Part shown: piece by piece, positions 17,844-26,943 of the stretch
Layout of the letters: each line of letters opens with the position of its first letter
Position numbering within the stretch: the stretch's first letter is position 1
Source: a bacterium
Lineage (GTDB): Bacteria; Patescibacteriota; Minisyncoccia; Phycocordibacterales; Phycocordibacteraceae
Direction: 5' to 3'
Assembly (NCBI GenBank): GCA_037200965.1
Contig: JBBCGK010000001.1
Span: forward strand, 704,001 to 768,000
Length of the DNA: 64,000 nt
Made by a program: the position numbers and the translations under genes
Notes under the pieces: model-generated
The model's database searches: none
Seen by the model: the letters and a program-made list of their open reading frames with translations, nothing else
What the model was told of the DNA's origin: nothing

Positions 17844-19001
17844 GTGCGGTATACTGGCCGTCTGATGAAATCGAAAAGCGAAAAGATATTGAAGGCGTAC
17901 GCGAAGCAGGGTGCCCGGATAGAAACGAGGGGGAAAGTGCGCATGAGCGCGAAACAGGATTTCTCACTCTGGTATACGCCGGGAGTCGGCGCGGCTTCAA
18001 TGCATCTTGCCCGAAAGCCTTCCGACGCCCGGAAAATGAGCGTGAAGAAGAACTCGGTCGCGGTCATCTCGGACGGCTCGGCCGTGCTCGGGCTCGGCAA
18101 CATCGGCCCCTATGGCGCGCTTCCGGTGATGGAAGGGAAGGCGCTCATATTCAGGGAGCTCGGCGGCGTCGACGCCTGGCCGATCGTCCTTGATACGCAG
18201 GATCCGGACGAGATCGTGCGCACCGTGCTTAGGGTCGCGCCGGGCTTCGGCGGCATCAATCTCGAGGATATCGCGGCGCCCCAGTGCTTCGATATCGAGA
18301 AGCGGCTGGTCGAAGCGCTCGATATCCCGGTCATGCACGACGACCAGCACGGGACCGCGATCGTCGTGCTTGCGGGCCTCATAAACGCGGCGAAGGTCGT
18401 AAAGAAGGATTTTAAGAAGTTACAGGTTGTTATAAGCGGGGCAGGGGCAGCCGGGACCGGGGTAGCGAGACTGCTTCTTCTGGCGGGGATTCGCGATGTC
18501 ATCGTACTCGACCGCGCGGGAACGATCTACGCCGGACGCGGGGGCCTTACGCCGCACAAGGCGGAGCTCGCCGCGCTTACGAATCCGCGAAAGATCTCGG
18601 GCGATCTTGCCGCCGCGCTTTCCGGCGCGGATGCCTTCATCGGCGTATCGGGGAAGGGGGCGCTTCGTGCGGAGCATGTCCGGAGCATGGCGCCCAAAGC
18701 GATCGTCTTCGCGCTTGCGAATCCCGACCCCGAGATCATGCCGGAGGAGGCCAGGGCGGCCGGAGCCGCGGTCGTCGCGACGGGCCGCTCCGATTTCGAG
18801 AACCAGATAAACAACGCGCTTGTTTTCCCCGGGATTTTCCGGGGCGCGCTTGATAAAGGCGTGCGCAGGATCACCGACGCGACGAAGCTTCGTGCCGCGA
18901 AAGCGCTTGCGGCGCTCGTGCCGCGCCCGACCGCTTCCCGCATCATTCCCGATATTCTTGATAAGCGGGTGATGAAGGCAGTCGCCGGGGCGGTTCGTTA
19001 G
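17844..19001 (+). CDS. NAD(P)-dependent malic enzyme (small archaeal-type)
   Basis: Motifs YTPGVG, LGLGNIGP, NDDQHGTAIVVLAGL, and a second Rossmann VISGAGAAG. Confidence 0.85.
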   Translation: MRYTGRLMKSKSEKILKAYAKQGARIETRGKVRMSAKQDFSLWYTPGVGAASMHLARKPSDARKMSVKKNSVAVISDGSAVLGLGNIGPYGALPVMEGKALIFRELGGVDAWPIVLDTQDPDEIVRTVLRVAPGFGGINLEDIAAPQCFDIEKRLVEALDIPVMHDDQHGTAIVVLAGLINAAKVVKKDFKKLQVVISGAGAAGTGVARLLLLAGIRDVIVLDRAGTIYAGRGGLTPHKAELAALTNPRKISGDLAAALSGADAFIGVSGKGALRAEHVRSMAPKAIVFALANPDPEIMPEEARAAGAAVVATGRSDFENQINNALVFPGIFRGALDKGVRRITDATKLRAAKALAALVPRPTASRIIPDILDKRVMKAVAGAVR

Positions 19002-19738
19002 CCGGTTTTTTCTATAAGGGCGGTAAACGCGCAGTGGTCGCTCAGGCCGCATATCCTTTCCACGTCAGAAACACGGTATGCGTCGGTACTGAAGATACAG
19101 TCAACCATCAGCTCGAGGGGCCCTGCGCGGTGCAGGGTGCCGTCTATGCTCGTTGTGTATTGTTGCGGGATGTTGTCGGTGAAATGGGCGGCGATTCCCG
19201 CGAATATTTCCCCGCCGCGCGGCGCATTCAGATCGCCGCAGAGCACCATGTCCCCGGCGCGCTGAAGGGAGCTCAGAAGCACCGGAAGGTCCCGGCGCTG
19301 GAATTCGTCCGGTCGCCCGTCCGGGCTCCAGGTAAAGTGGGTCGTGCCGATGCGAAACGAAATGTCGTTCTTCTCGATGTCGCAGTAGGAAAGCGCGTAG
19401 CTTTGGGTCTCGTATTTCCTTTGCGCATTTGCGATATCGAACACGCTTTTCGGTACCTCTTTGCATCCTCCGTAGTGCACGACCGTCCGGTTTCGCACGG
19501 GATATTTCGAGAAAATGCCGTTGCCTTCGATATCCGGCCTGCCATCCGTTACTCGGCGCGTTGTCGGAACGAAAAAACACGGTCCCTCGCAGATCTCTTC
19601 CAAGAACGGAACGTTCGATTCGAGAAGTTCCTGAATACAGAGCACGTCGAACGGGTGGCTTGCGAGAAACGGTTTAACGAGATCGAGATGCTTGTCGAGC
19701 TCGATGTTAAGTTGCAGCAGCGCCAACGCTTGTCTCAT
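18998..19738 (-). CDS. endonuclease/exonuclease/phosphatase (EEP) family protein
   Basis: The N-terminal DVLCIQE motif and the C-terminal SDH motif are typical of the EEP fold. Confidence 0.7.
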   Translation of the reverse strand: MRQALALLQLNIELDKHLDLVKPFLASHPFDVLCIQELLESNVPFLEEICEGPCFFVPTTRRVTDGRPDIEGNGIFSKYPVRNRTVVHYGGCKEVPKSVFDIANAQRKYETQSYALSYCDIEKNDISFRIGTTHFTWSPDGRPDEFQRRDLPVLLSSLQRAGDMVLCGDLNAPRGGEIFAGIAAHFTDNIPQQYTTSIDGTLHRAGPLELMVDCIFSTDAYRVSDVERICGLSDHCAFTALIEKTG

Positions 19739-19785
19739 GGCTTGTTGCTACGATAGTACTTCGCCAGGCTGCGGACACGCAACCG

Positions 19786-20157
19786 TCAGTTTCCATCGAC
19801 CCTATTCTCTGTGCTCGGCCACAGCGCGATCGCGAGCGCCGCGGCGGCAATGGAGAGATCGCGGAAGAGCACTTCGAACTGGTTGAGGTTGAATGCAACG
19901 ATCGCAAGCAGCATGAGCGCCGCGAGAATCGCGGGGTACCGCACTTTCCAGCCGGAGATAAGCCAGAGGGCGATAACGACTTCGGCCGCGCCGAAGGCGT
20001 GAAGCAGCAGGGTCGTGTCGACCGGAAGGGCCTGGACGAACTGCGGAAAATAGCCGATCCATGAGAACGGATCGCCTATGGCCGCGAACGGCGGATACAG
20101 GAAGGAGAACGCGACGCCGAGGCGCAGTATGAGGTGTGCTGCCCGCTCGCGATCCAT
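19786..20157 (-). CDS. DoxX-like small membrane protein
   Basis: Three to four TM helices. LILRLGVAFSFLYPPFAAIGDP is DoxX-like. Confidence 0.5.
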   Translation of the reverse strand: MDRERAAHLILRLGVAFSFLYPPFAAIGDPFSWIGYFPQFVQALPVDTTLLLHAFGAAEVVIALWLISGWKVRYPAILAALMLLAIVAFNLNQFEVLFRDLSIAAAALAIALWPSTENRVDGN

Positions 20158-20163
20158 GCCGTT

Positions 20164-20733
20164 CTATTGCGCCTGCACTTGTACCTGGACTGTGGTCGCG
20201 GATACCGCCGGGACGACGGTGACCGAGCCGGTATCGTTCGCGCCCGTGTGGTTGTGGTATCCCCAGGTGCCGGTCTTGCCGAAGGTGAAGCTCCAGCTTC
20301 CTCCCTTGCCGATCGCGGTGCATTCGTCGAATACCGAGCTTGAGGACGGCGCGTTGTTCACACAATGGCTCGTGCGGCTCGTATTGTCATAGTCGGTATG
20401 CGACGGGTGCTCGTCGGAGCCGATCCACATCGTGTGGGAGCTGTTGTTGACCCAGGTGACTTTCGTCCCGGCGCCCACCGTCACGGTCTTCGGGGAGAAG
20501 CCGCTGTCGGTATAGGTGACGGTGACCGGCGTGGTCGGGGCGGTGACGTTCGTCGTGGTCGTCGAGGTGGTGGTCGTGACGGTCGTCGGCTGTCCTTGTT
20601 CCCCGCTCGTGTCCTGTACCGTTTCCTGAGCTGGCGCGGGAGCCTGTGTGCTCTTCGGAGCGAAGAGGTACCATGCGCCGCCGATGATAATAATCGCCGC
20701 GATAACGAGTCCTAGGGTCTGGTTGGTGGTCAT
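20164..20733 (-). CDS. membrane-anchored Thr-rich protein with cupredoxin-like C-terminal domain (tentative)
   Basis: N-terminal TM anchor, a poly-Thr linker, and a His/Cys-rich β-domain (HTMWIGSDEHPSH...C...GYHNH). Confidence 0.4.
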   Translation of the reverse strand: MTTNQTLGLVIAAIIIIGGAWYLFAPKSTQAPAPAQETVQDTSGEQGQPTTVTTTTSTTTTNVTAPTTPVTVTYTDSGFSPKTVTVGAGTKVTWVNNSSHTMWIGSDEHPSHTDYDNTSRTSHCVNNAPSSSSVFDECTAIGKGGSWSFTFGKTGTWGYHNHTGANDTGSVTVVPAVSATTVQVQVQAQ

Positions 20734-20767
20734 GAGATAGCTGGATAACTGCTTATAAATCCTCCCC

Positions 20768-21205
20768 TCAGTCTACTACACCCTGTCCCCGAAGCACCCG
20801 CACGATCGACATACGCATGCCGAGAAACCGGCCGAAGAGCGCGCCCGCAAGAAGGGCGAGGGTGAACGCTCCGAGCGCGGGCCCGTGAATGAAATGGCCG
20901 AAGATCCAGTTGCGAGAGAGCTCGGCCGCGATATAGAGCGCGATGCCGATGCCGCCCACGACATCGAGTTCCGATACGACGCGCTCCCTGGTCTCGTGCC
21001 AGCGGATCGTGAGAAGGCGGCCGAGGAGAACGCCGATGCCGGTTCCAAGCAGAAGGCCGAGCCCCGCAAGGGGAAGGCCGATATCGCCCTGCCATACGTC
21101 CTTGCCGATGAACGCGAGGATGATAAGGGAGATGAGAAGGAACAATCCGAGACGGATCCTGAGCCCCCGATCCACGAGCGCTCCGCTTAGCTTATGTTCC
21201 GCCAT
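20768..21205 (-). CDS. hypothetical integral membrane protein
   Basis: Four predicted TM helices. Length 145 aa. Confidence 0.45.
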   Translation of the reverse strand: MAEHKLSGALVDRGLRIRLGLFLLISLIILAFIGKDVWQGDIGLPLAGLGLLLGTGIGVLLGRLLTIRWHETRERVVSELDVVGGIGIALYIAAELSRNWIFGHFIHGPALGAFTLALLAGALFGRFLGMRMSIVRVLRGQGVVD

Positions 21206-21217
21206 CGCACCAGCATA

Positions 21218-21925
21218 CTACGCTGTCTTCCTGAAGGTTTGGTGAGGCCCTCCGTCCTCCACGCGGTATTCGTTCACCGCCTCGTGCGCAAGCCGCGTCG
21301 GTTCCGGGAGGCGGTGCTTTCGGACGCAGTTCCGTACGAGGTCGAGCGATTCCTCGAGCGTGATGAGGTGGCCGGGGGAGATGAACATCGGCTTCACCGC
21401 CCGCTTGGTGCGAAGCGCCGCGCCGATGATCTCGGCCGGGTCAGTCCGGTCGTGAAGGTATGAGACCGAGCCTGCTTCGGTGCCGGGCTCCTCATATACG
21501 CCCGTGAGGACGCTTTTGGCGCAGCCGACCGTGGGGAGGTTGAGCGCAAGGCCGAGGTGTGTCGCGATGCCGAGCCTTCTTGGGTGCGCGATGCCGACGC
21601 CGTCAACGAGTATCACGTCGGGCTTCGTATCCAGTTTCTCCCATGCCTTAAGGAGCATCGGAATCTCACGGAAGGAAAGAAGGCCCGGAATATAGGGGAA
21701 GGGAATCGTGTCCTTCACTACGCTGTGCGCGACCAGCCTTAGGCTCGGGTATTCGAGCACCACAAACCCGGCAAAGCCTTCCTTGGCGAAGCGGTTCATC
21801 GATACGTCGCAGCCGCCGATGAGCTTCACTTCTTTCGTTAAGGGTATAAGCCGCACTTCCTCGCGGAGCTTCTTCTGGAGCGTTATCGCGTCCTTGGGAG
21901 AGAGATTCCAGTCGTGGGCGATCAT
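21218..21925 (-). CDS. nfi: endonuclease V (deoxyinosine 3' endonuclease)
   Basis: GGCDVSM (catalytic Asp) and VDGVGIAHPRRLGIATHLG motifs. Length 235 aa. Confidence 0.85.
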   Translation of the reverse strand: MIAHDWNLSPKDAITLQKKLREEVRLIPLTKEVKLIGGCDVSMNRFAKEGFAGFVVLEYPSLRLVAHSVVKDTIPFPYIPGLLSFREIPMLLKAWEKLDTKPDVILVDGVGIAHPRRLGIATHLGLALNLPTVGCAKSVLTGVYEEPGTEAGSVSYLHDRTDPAEIIGAALRTKRAVKPMFISPGHLITLEESLDLVRNCVRKHRLPEPTRLAHEAVNEYRVEDGGPHQTFRKTA

Positions 21926-22011
21926 GAGGACACTATAGGCCGGGCAGATGGTATTTCAATGAGGGCGCTGTCTTCTGCCTTATAGGGGAATATGCTAAGG
22001 TTCTCCTCAAA

Positions 22012-22101
22012 GGAGACGTGGCTGAGTGGTCGAAAGTACCTCACTGCTAACGAGGCAGGGATTAACGTCCCTCGAGGGTTCGAATCCCTCCGTCTCCGCC
22101 A
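22012..22101 (+). tRNA. tRNA-Ser (anticodon GCU), CCA encoded
   Basis: GGAGACG acceptor, long variable arm GCAGGGATTAACGTCCCTC, anticodon loop CTGCTAA, T-loop GGTTCGAATCC, ...CGTCTCC-G-CCA. Confidence 0.85.
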
Positions 22102-22155
22102 GATGTCCAAATTCGAACCCAAGCAGAATAAGGGTATTTGGACTAAGATAATGAC

Positions 22156-23250
22156 ATGGCAACCAAAACGGCAAATTCAGGTCTTCATCAGGCCAAAACT
22201 GCCAAAAAGGACGAGTTTTATACCCAACTCGTTGATATTGAAAAAGAGCTGAAACACTACAAGGACCAATTTCGTGGCAAGGTGATTTTTCTGAATTGTG
22301 ACGATCCGTACGAAAGCAACTTCTTCAAGTATTTCGCTGGTAATTTCAATGCTCTCGGATTAAAGCAGCTTATTGCCACGAGCTACAAGCGATCGCCTAT
22401 TGCCAACACCCAATTAGGACTCTTTACCGATGGTGAGGTAGTGTCCGCAACTAAAGGCCGCCCAAAAGTGACTGCCAACAAATTCGTTATTAACGAAGTT
22501 GATGACATAAATGGTGACGGTTCTTTTGACTTGCGTGATATTGCGGAGCAGCTTAAAGCTAATAAAAATAACGAATGGACTCCATTAGACGGCGAAGGAG
22601 ATTTTCGGAGTCCGGAGAGCGTAGAACTGCTCAAGCAAGCTGATATTGTGGTGACAAACCCGCCCTTCTCGCTTTTCGGCGAGTATATTGATCAACTTGT
22701 TCAATACCAGAAAAAGTTTCTGATATTAGGAAATCAGAACGCTATTAAATATAAAAATGTCTTCAAGCTTATAAAGGAGAATAGGATGTGGCTAGGCTAT
22801 GACAATGGAGGAACGAAATGGTTCCAGGTGCCGGATGACTATGATATACAAACCGAATCAAGAATCAAAATAGAAAACGGTGTGAAATATTTTAGTATGG
22901 GCAGCATTGTGTGGTTTACAAATCTTGACACAACGAAGCGTCACATAGATTTCACAATGTACAAAAAATACAAACCCGAAGCATATTCAAAGTACGATAA
23001 TTACGACGCGATCGAGGTTTCTAGGGTGGTAGAAATACCAATGGACTATGGCGGCGAAATGGGAGTTCCGATTACCTTTTTAGATAAATATAATCCTGAC
23101 CAATTTGAGATTATTGATCTGCTAAACCGATACACCTTGTTTGACTCTCAGCAAACGAACGAAGATGTCAGACGAAGGCACTCCCACACTTGTAATATCA
23201 ATGGCAAGGCCGTATTTTCTCGAATTTTAATAAAGAACAAGCAAATTTGA
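22156..23250 (+). CDS. N6-adenine-type DNA methyltransferase (NPPF motif; EcoRI-methylase-like family)
   Basis: DEFYTQ...VIFLNCDDPYES followed by IVVTNPPFS (motif IV). AT-rich codon usage distinct from the host. Confidence 0.6.
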   Translation: MATKTANSGLHQAKTAKKDEFYTQLVDIEKELKHYKDQFRGKVIFLNCDDPYESNFFKYFAGNFNALGLKQLIATSYKRSPIANTQLGLFTDGEVVSATKGRPKVTANKFVINEVDDINGDGSFDLRDIAEQLKANKNNEWTPLDGEGDFRSPESVELLKQADIVVTNPPFSLFGEYIDQLVQYQKKFLILGNQNAIKYKNVFKLIKENRMWLGYDNGGTKWFQVPDDYDIQTESRIKIENGVKYFSMGSIVWFTNLDTTKRHIDFTMYKKYKPEAYSKYDNYDAIEVSRVVEIPMDYGGEMGVPITFLDKYNPDQFEIIDLLNRYTLFDSQQTNEDVRRRHSHTCNINGKAVFSRILIKNKQI

Positions 23251-23258
23251 AAATAATT

Positions 23259-24362
23259 ATGAAAATCGAGCTAAATAAGGTTTCGGTCCGTGAAGTGGTG
23301 GCAGAATATAAAGACAGCGCTGAGGAGGGTGTTGTGGCCTATGACGGTAAGCTCGATGTGCGCCCAAAGTATCAGCGAGAATTCGTATATAAAGACAAAC
23401 AACGCGATGCCGTTATTGATACTGTCAGAAAAGGGTTTCCACTTAACGTGATGTATTGGGTAAAGACCGACGAAGGAAATTTTGAAGTATTGGACGGGCA
23501 GCAGAGAACAATCAGTCTCGGTCAGTATGTAAACGGTGACTTCTCTGTTGATTTCAACGGTCGTCTGGCTATGTTCCACAACCTTACCAAAGAAGAGCAG
23601 GAGCAGATTCTGAACTATGAACTGATGATTTATTTCTGCGAAGGAAACGATAAGGAAAAGCTCGATTGGTTCAAGATCATCAATATTGGCGGTGAGCGTC
23701 TAACCGATCAGGAGTTACGCAATGCTGTCTATACCGGTCCGTGGCTTTCTGATGCCAAGCTCAAATTCAGTAAATCAAACTGTGCGGCATACCTCCTCGC
23801 AAACGATGGCGGTGCGCTGCTCAAGGGCTCTCCAATTCGGCAAGAATACTTGGAAACTGCGATCTCATGGATAAATAACGGGGATGTGGCGGGCTACATG
23901 GCAAAACACCAGCACGATGAGAATGCGGAAGAATTATGGAAGTACTTCCAAAGTGTTATTGAGTGGGTACGCAGGACCTTCCCAAACTACCGCAAAGAAA
24001 TGGCGAGCGTAAATTGGGGGGAACTATATAACGAATACAAAGACAAAAAACTCGACGACACAAAACTAGAAGAGGAAATCGCACGATTGATGCAAGACGA
24101 AGATGTAACGAAGAAATCCGGTATTTACCCTTATGTCCTTACGGGCGAGGAACATCACCTTTCAATCCGTGCGTTTAACGACAATATGAAGCGGGAGGCG
24201 TATGAGCGCCAGAAAGGTATCTGTGTGAAATGCGGGAAGAAGTTTGAGATCGAGGAAATGGAAGCCGACCACATTACACCGTGGCACCAGGGAGGAAAAA
24301 CAAAAGCCGAAAATTGCCAGATGCTATGTAAAGACGATAACCGGAGAAAATCTGGAAAATGA
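23259..24362 (+). CDS. DUF262 (ParB/GmrS-like, DGQQR) domain fused to C-terminal HNH endonuclease
   Basis: LDGQQRTISL (DUF262 signature). C-terminal CVKCGKKFEIEEMEADHITPWHQGGKTKAENCQMLCKDDN is a canonical HNH Cys4/His-Asn finger. The ORF-track start 23247 is a TTG; the ATG at 23259 lies 8 nt after the MTase stop. Confidence 0.7.
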   Translation: MKIELNKVSVREVVAEYKDSAEEGVVAYDGKLDVRPKYQREFVYKDKQRDAVIDTVRKGFPLNVMYWVKTDEGNFEVLDGQQRTISLGQYVNGDFSVDFNGRLAMFHNLTKEEQEQILNYELMIYFCEGNDKEKLDWFKIINIGGERLTDQELRNAVYTGPWLSDAKLKFSKSNCAAYLLANDGGALLKGSPIRQEYLETAISWINNGDVAGYMAKHQHDENAEELWKYFQSVIEWVRRTFPNYRKEMASVNWGELYNEYKDKKLDDTKLEEEIARLMQDEDVTKKSGIYPYVLTGEEHHLSIRAFNDNMKREAYERQKGICVKCGKKFEIEEMEADHITPWHQGGKTKAENCQMLCKDDNRRKSGK

Positions 24363-24997
24363 TAATGAAACAAGGAGATCTCCATATCTGGGTAAGAAAA
24401 TTACTCCAACAGCTTCGTACCCAAACCGATTCAAAAGAAGATTTATATACAAATATTCTTCTCTGGGCACACGATAAGCAAGAGTCTGGATTCTCATGGG
24501 AGGAAATGAGATCAAAGTTCTCACTGAATGCAGAACAAGAACATTGGGTTAGGAATATTTTCCTAACTACTTCAGATGGAGATAGGAAATTCTTTGAACA
24601 TTTACGGAACGATGATTCCGTATCACCGAATATTTATTACTACGCTTTAAATGAAAAAGGGATCACAGCGGCAATAAACTACAAGGGCTTGCGACATGCT
24701 GAAAAGAGCAGCACCCAAGCGTTATGGGTCGCAAGTATATCTATTTTTCTGGCAGCTATCGGTTTGTTTTTTACAGTTAAACAAACGAATTTGGCCGAGA
24801 CCCAAAGTATCTCGGAAAGGATAAATCAAGCAAGGAGTATACAATCAGCGCTTGAATTCTGTCAGCAGAATCCTGATTCTCAAGATTCTGGTCTCTATGA
24901 GATCTCGACTGGTAAATCTGCTTCATGTCCTCAAGTAGTGCGTAACTATTCCTCTACCTCCTCACTGTTGGATAGAATCAAAAGTCTGTTTAAGTAA
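24359..24997 (+). CDS. small protein with one central TM helix (unknown function), third gene of operon
   Basis: Its ATG overlaps the upstream stop (ATGA). The TM segment is ALWVASISIFLAAIGLFFTV. Confidence 0.5.
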   Translation: MIMKQGDLHIWVRKLLQQLRTQTDSKEDLYTNILLWAHDKQESGFSWEEMRSKFSLNAEQEHWVRNIFLTTSDGDRKFFEHLRNDDSVSPNIYYYALNEKGITAAINYKGLRHAEKSSTQALWVASISIFLAAIGLFFTVKQTNLAETQSISERINQARSIQSALEFCQQNPDSQDSGLYEISTGKSASCPQVVRNYSSTSSLLDRIKSLFK

Positions 24998-25405
24998 CTG
25001 GAGAATTCGGATTTATTCTATTGAATAATCGATCGCACTCTTTCTTTTAGACGATTTAGGCTGTGGCACCTCAAACCACTCCGGATGAGCTTTATATATA
25101 GCCCTCAATTCCTGTATACTTTTATCAAGTTTCCCGAAGGTAAGCCGTGTTTTTGGTTCGAATTTCGGGACACCGCCTCCGCATCTAACAGCTAGCACCA
25201 GGAACCTCGGGTCTAGCTGGTGTCTAAAAACATCCGGTACTTTCTCTTACTTGTTCAATATAAAAAGGACGGGCCGGAACTGTAGAAGTTCCGGCCCATG
25301 TACTGTGTTCCCGTATTGAGTTTTGTATATTGCTTGATCAGGTGGTCCTACCTGTTGCAGGCGTGAGGAGAGACTTACTCTCCTCACGTTTATAACCTGC
25401 AGGAC

Positions 25406-25807
25406 TTATAGGTCGTCCATACACCATGCGCACATCGACACATGGCTCAACGCTTCAGTCAGGCGTCCGACGGAAGGGGCATGAAACTCATAGGGAGTCA
25501 TATGCACGTCCTTCCATTGAAGTTTCGACGCTATTCCAAAACATTGGTAGCCGTCGCTTTCGCGGTCTGGGTCTTCGAGGTTCTGAACTTCAGAATCCCA
25601 ACTCTGGAAGCCGAGAGCTCCCGCGTCTTTATCTCTAAGATTGTCATCGACAACCTTAAAAATGCCCGCGGATAATTCTTCCACGAGTAGCCACGACCTT
25701 TGTGACAACCGTACGCCCGCAAGGGCGTTTATACGGCCTCCGAGAGAGGACGCATGGTCGGCATGGACGTATATCCGGTGCCGACGGACAAATAGCAATC
25801 TGAACAA
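25406..25807 (-). CDS. hypothetical protein (possible gene fragment)
   Basis: 133-aa ORF in a 52% GC patch between the island and IS30. No motif recognised. Confidence 0.3.
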   Translation of the reverse strand: MFRLLFVRRHRIYVHADHASSLGGRINALAGVRLSQRSWLLVEELSAGIFKVVDDNLRDKDAGALGFQSWDSEVQNLEDPDRESDGYQCFGIASKLQWKDVHMTPYEFHAPSVGRLTEALSHVSMCAWCMDDL

Positions 25808-25886
25808 CTGCTCAACTCCTCTGTTAGATTTTCAGGGAACACAGCGCCTAAAGTGTAACAGTGTACATAACATATGTCAATACCCG

Positions 25887-26876
25887 GGCTTGAATCCGCT
25901 CCTGAAACGCAACACCTGACGTAGGCTCGGTGGATGAGCCATCACCACCTTTCGCGCGGCGAGCGGGTCGCGCTTGCTGCGTTTCTCCGGACAGGAAAGA
26001 GCCGGGCCGAATGCGCCCGTCTTCTTGGCGTCCACCGCTCGACCATCTCGCGGGAACTGCGGCGCGGCGGTACCGAATACAAGGCGGTCGCCGCAGACAA
26101 GGAAGCCGCACGGCTGCGGAGAGAATCAAAACAACGAGCGCGGAAGATCGAGAACGACCATTCACTCGAACGAGAAATCGTTCGACTCCTGAAGAAGGGA
26201 CACTCTCCCGAACAGGTATCAGAAGAGGTGCGGTTCGTCTCGGACGACGCCATATACGATTGGATTGAACGTTCCCGAAAAGATCTCGCGGTACTCCTGC
26301 CCCAGCGCGGCAAGGTGCGCCGCCGGTACGGGAAGAATACGGGCGCGGTCCAAGGATGGACGAAATCCGTACGCAGTATCGCAGAGCGACCGAAGGCGGC
26401 GAACGACCGCTCCCGCATCGGCGACTGGGAAGGAGATACGGTCGCCGGACGGGATCGCGCCCGTCTGCTCGTGCATGTCGACCGGAAGAGCCGGTTCATC
26501 CTGGCCACGATCACGGCAAACGGGACTGCCGATACGATCCATGCCGCTGCGGGAGCCTCGTTCAAGGGACTTCCCGTTCGAACCATCACGTATGACCGCG
26601 GCAGCGAGTTCGCTCTCTGGCGCATGATTGAGCGCGATACCGGCGCAACCGTGTACTTCGCGAACGCGCATCATCCGTGGGAACGGGGCACGAGCGAGAA
26701 CTCGAACGGCCTCCTGCGGCGGTTCTTTCCGAAAGGAACGCCGATCGGCGAGAAGCTCCAGCGGGACGTTGACCGGGCCGTGCGGCTCATCAATCATCGG
26801 CCGAGGAAATGTCTCGGCTGGAAGACGCCCTGCCGCGTGTTTGGCCGCTGTTGCGTTTCAGGCTAGGATTCAAGCC
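25887..26876 (+). mobile_element. IS30-family insertion sequence
   Basis: Terminal inverted repeats: IRL GGCTTGAATCCGCTCCTGAAACGCAACA (25887-25914) and IRR, reverse-complemented, GGCTTGAATCCTAGCCTGAAACGCAACA (26849-26876). The single transposase ORF ends inside the IRR. Confidence 0.8.
25934..26866 (+). CDS. IS30-family DDE transposase
   Basis: N-terminal HTH (RAECARLLGVHRSTISRELRRG) and DDE core (DWEGDTV...TYDRGSEF...HPWERGTSEN). Confidence 0.85.
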   Translation: MSHHHLSRGERVALAAFLRTGKSRAECARLLGVHRSTISRELRRGGTEYKAVAADKEAARLRRESKQRARKIENDHSLEREIVRLLKKGHSPEQVSEEVRFVSDDAIYDWIERSRKDLAVLLPQRGKVRRRYGKNTGAVQGWTKSVRSIAERPKAANDRSRIGDWEGDTVAGRDRARLLVHVDRKSRFILATITANGTADTIHAAAGASFKGLPVRTITYDRGSEFALWRMIERDTGATVYFANAHHPWERGTSENSNGLLRRFFPKGTPIGEKLQRDVDRAVRLINHRPRKCLGWKTPCRVFGRCCVSG

Positions 26877-26943
26877 ACCCTGTCGTGCGTTTGAGCTTCC
26901 AGTCCCATCTCTCCTAGAGAGACCGGGACGAGGAAGCCTCGCT

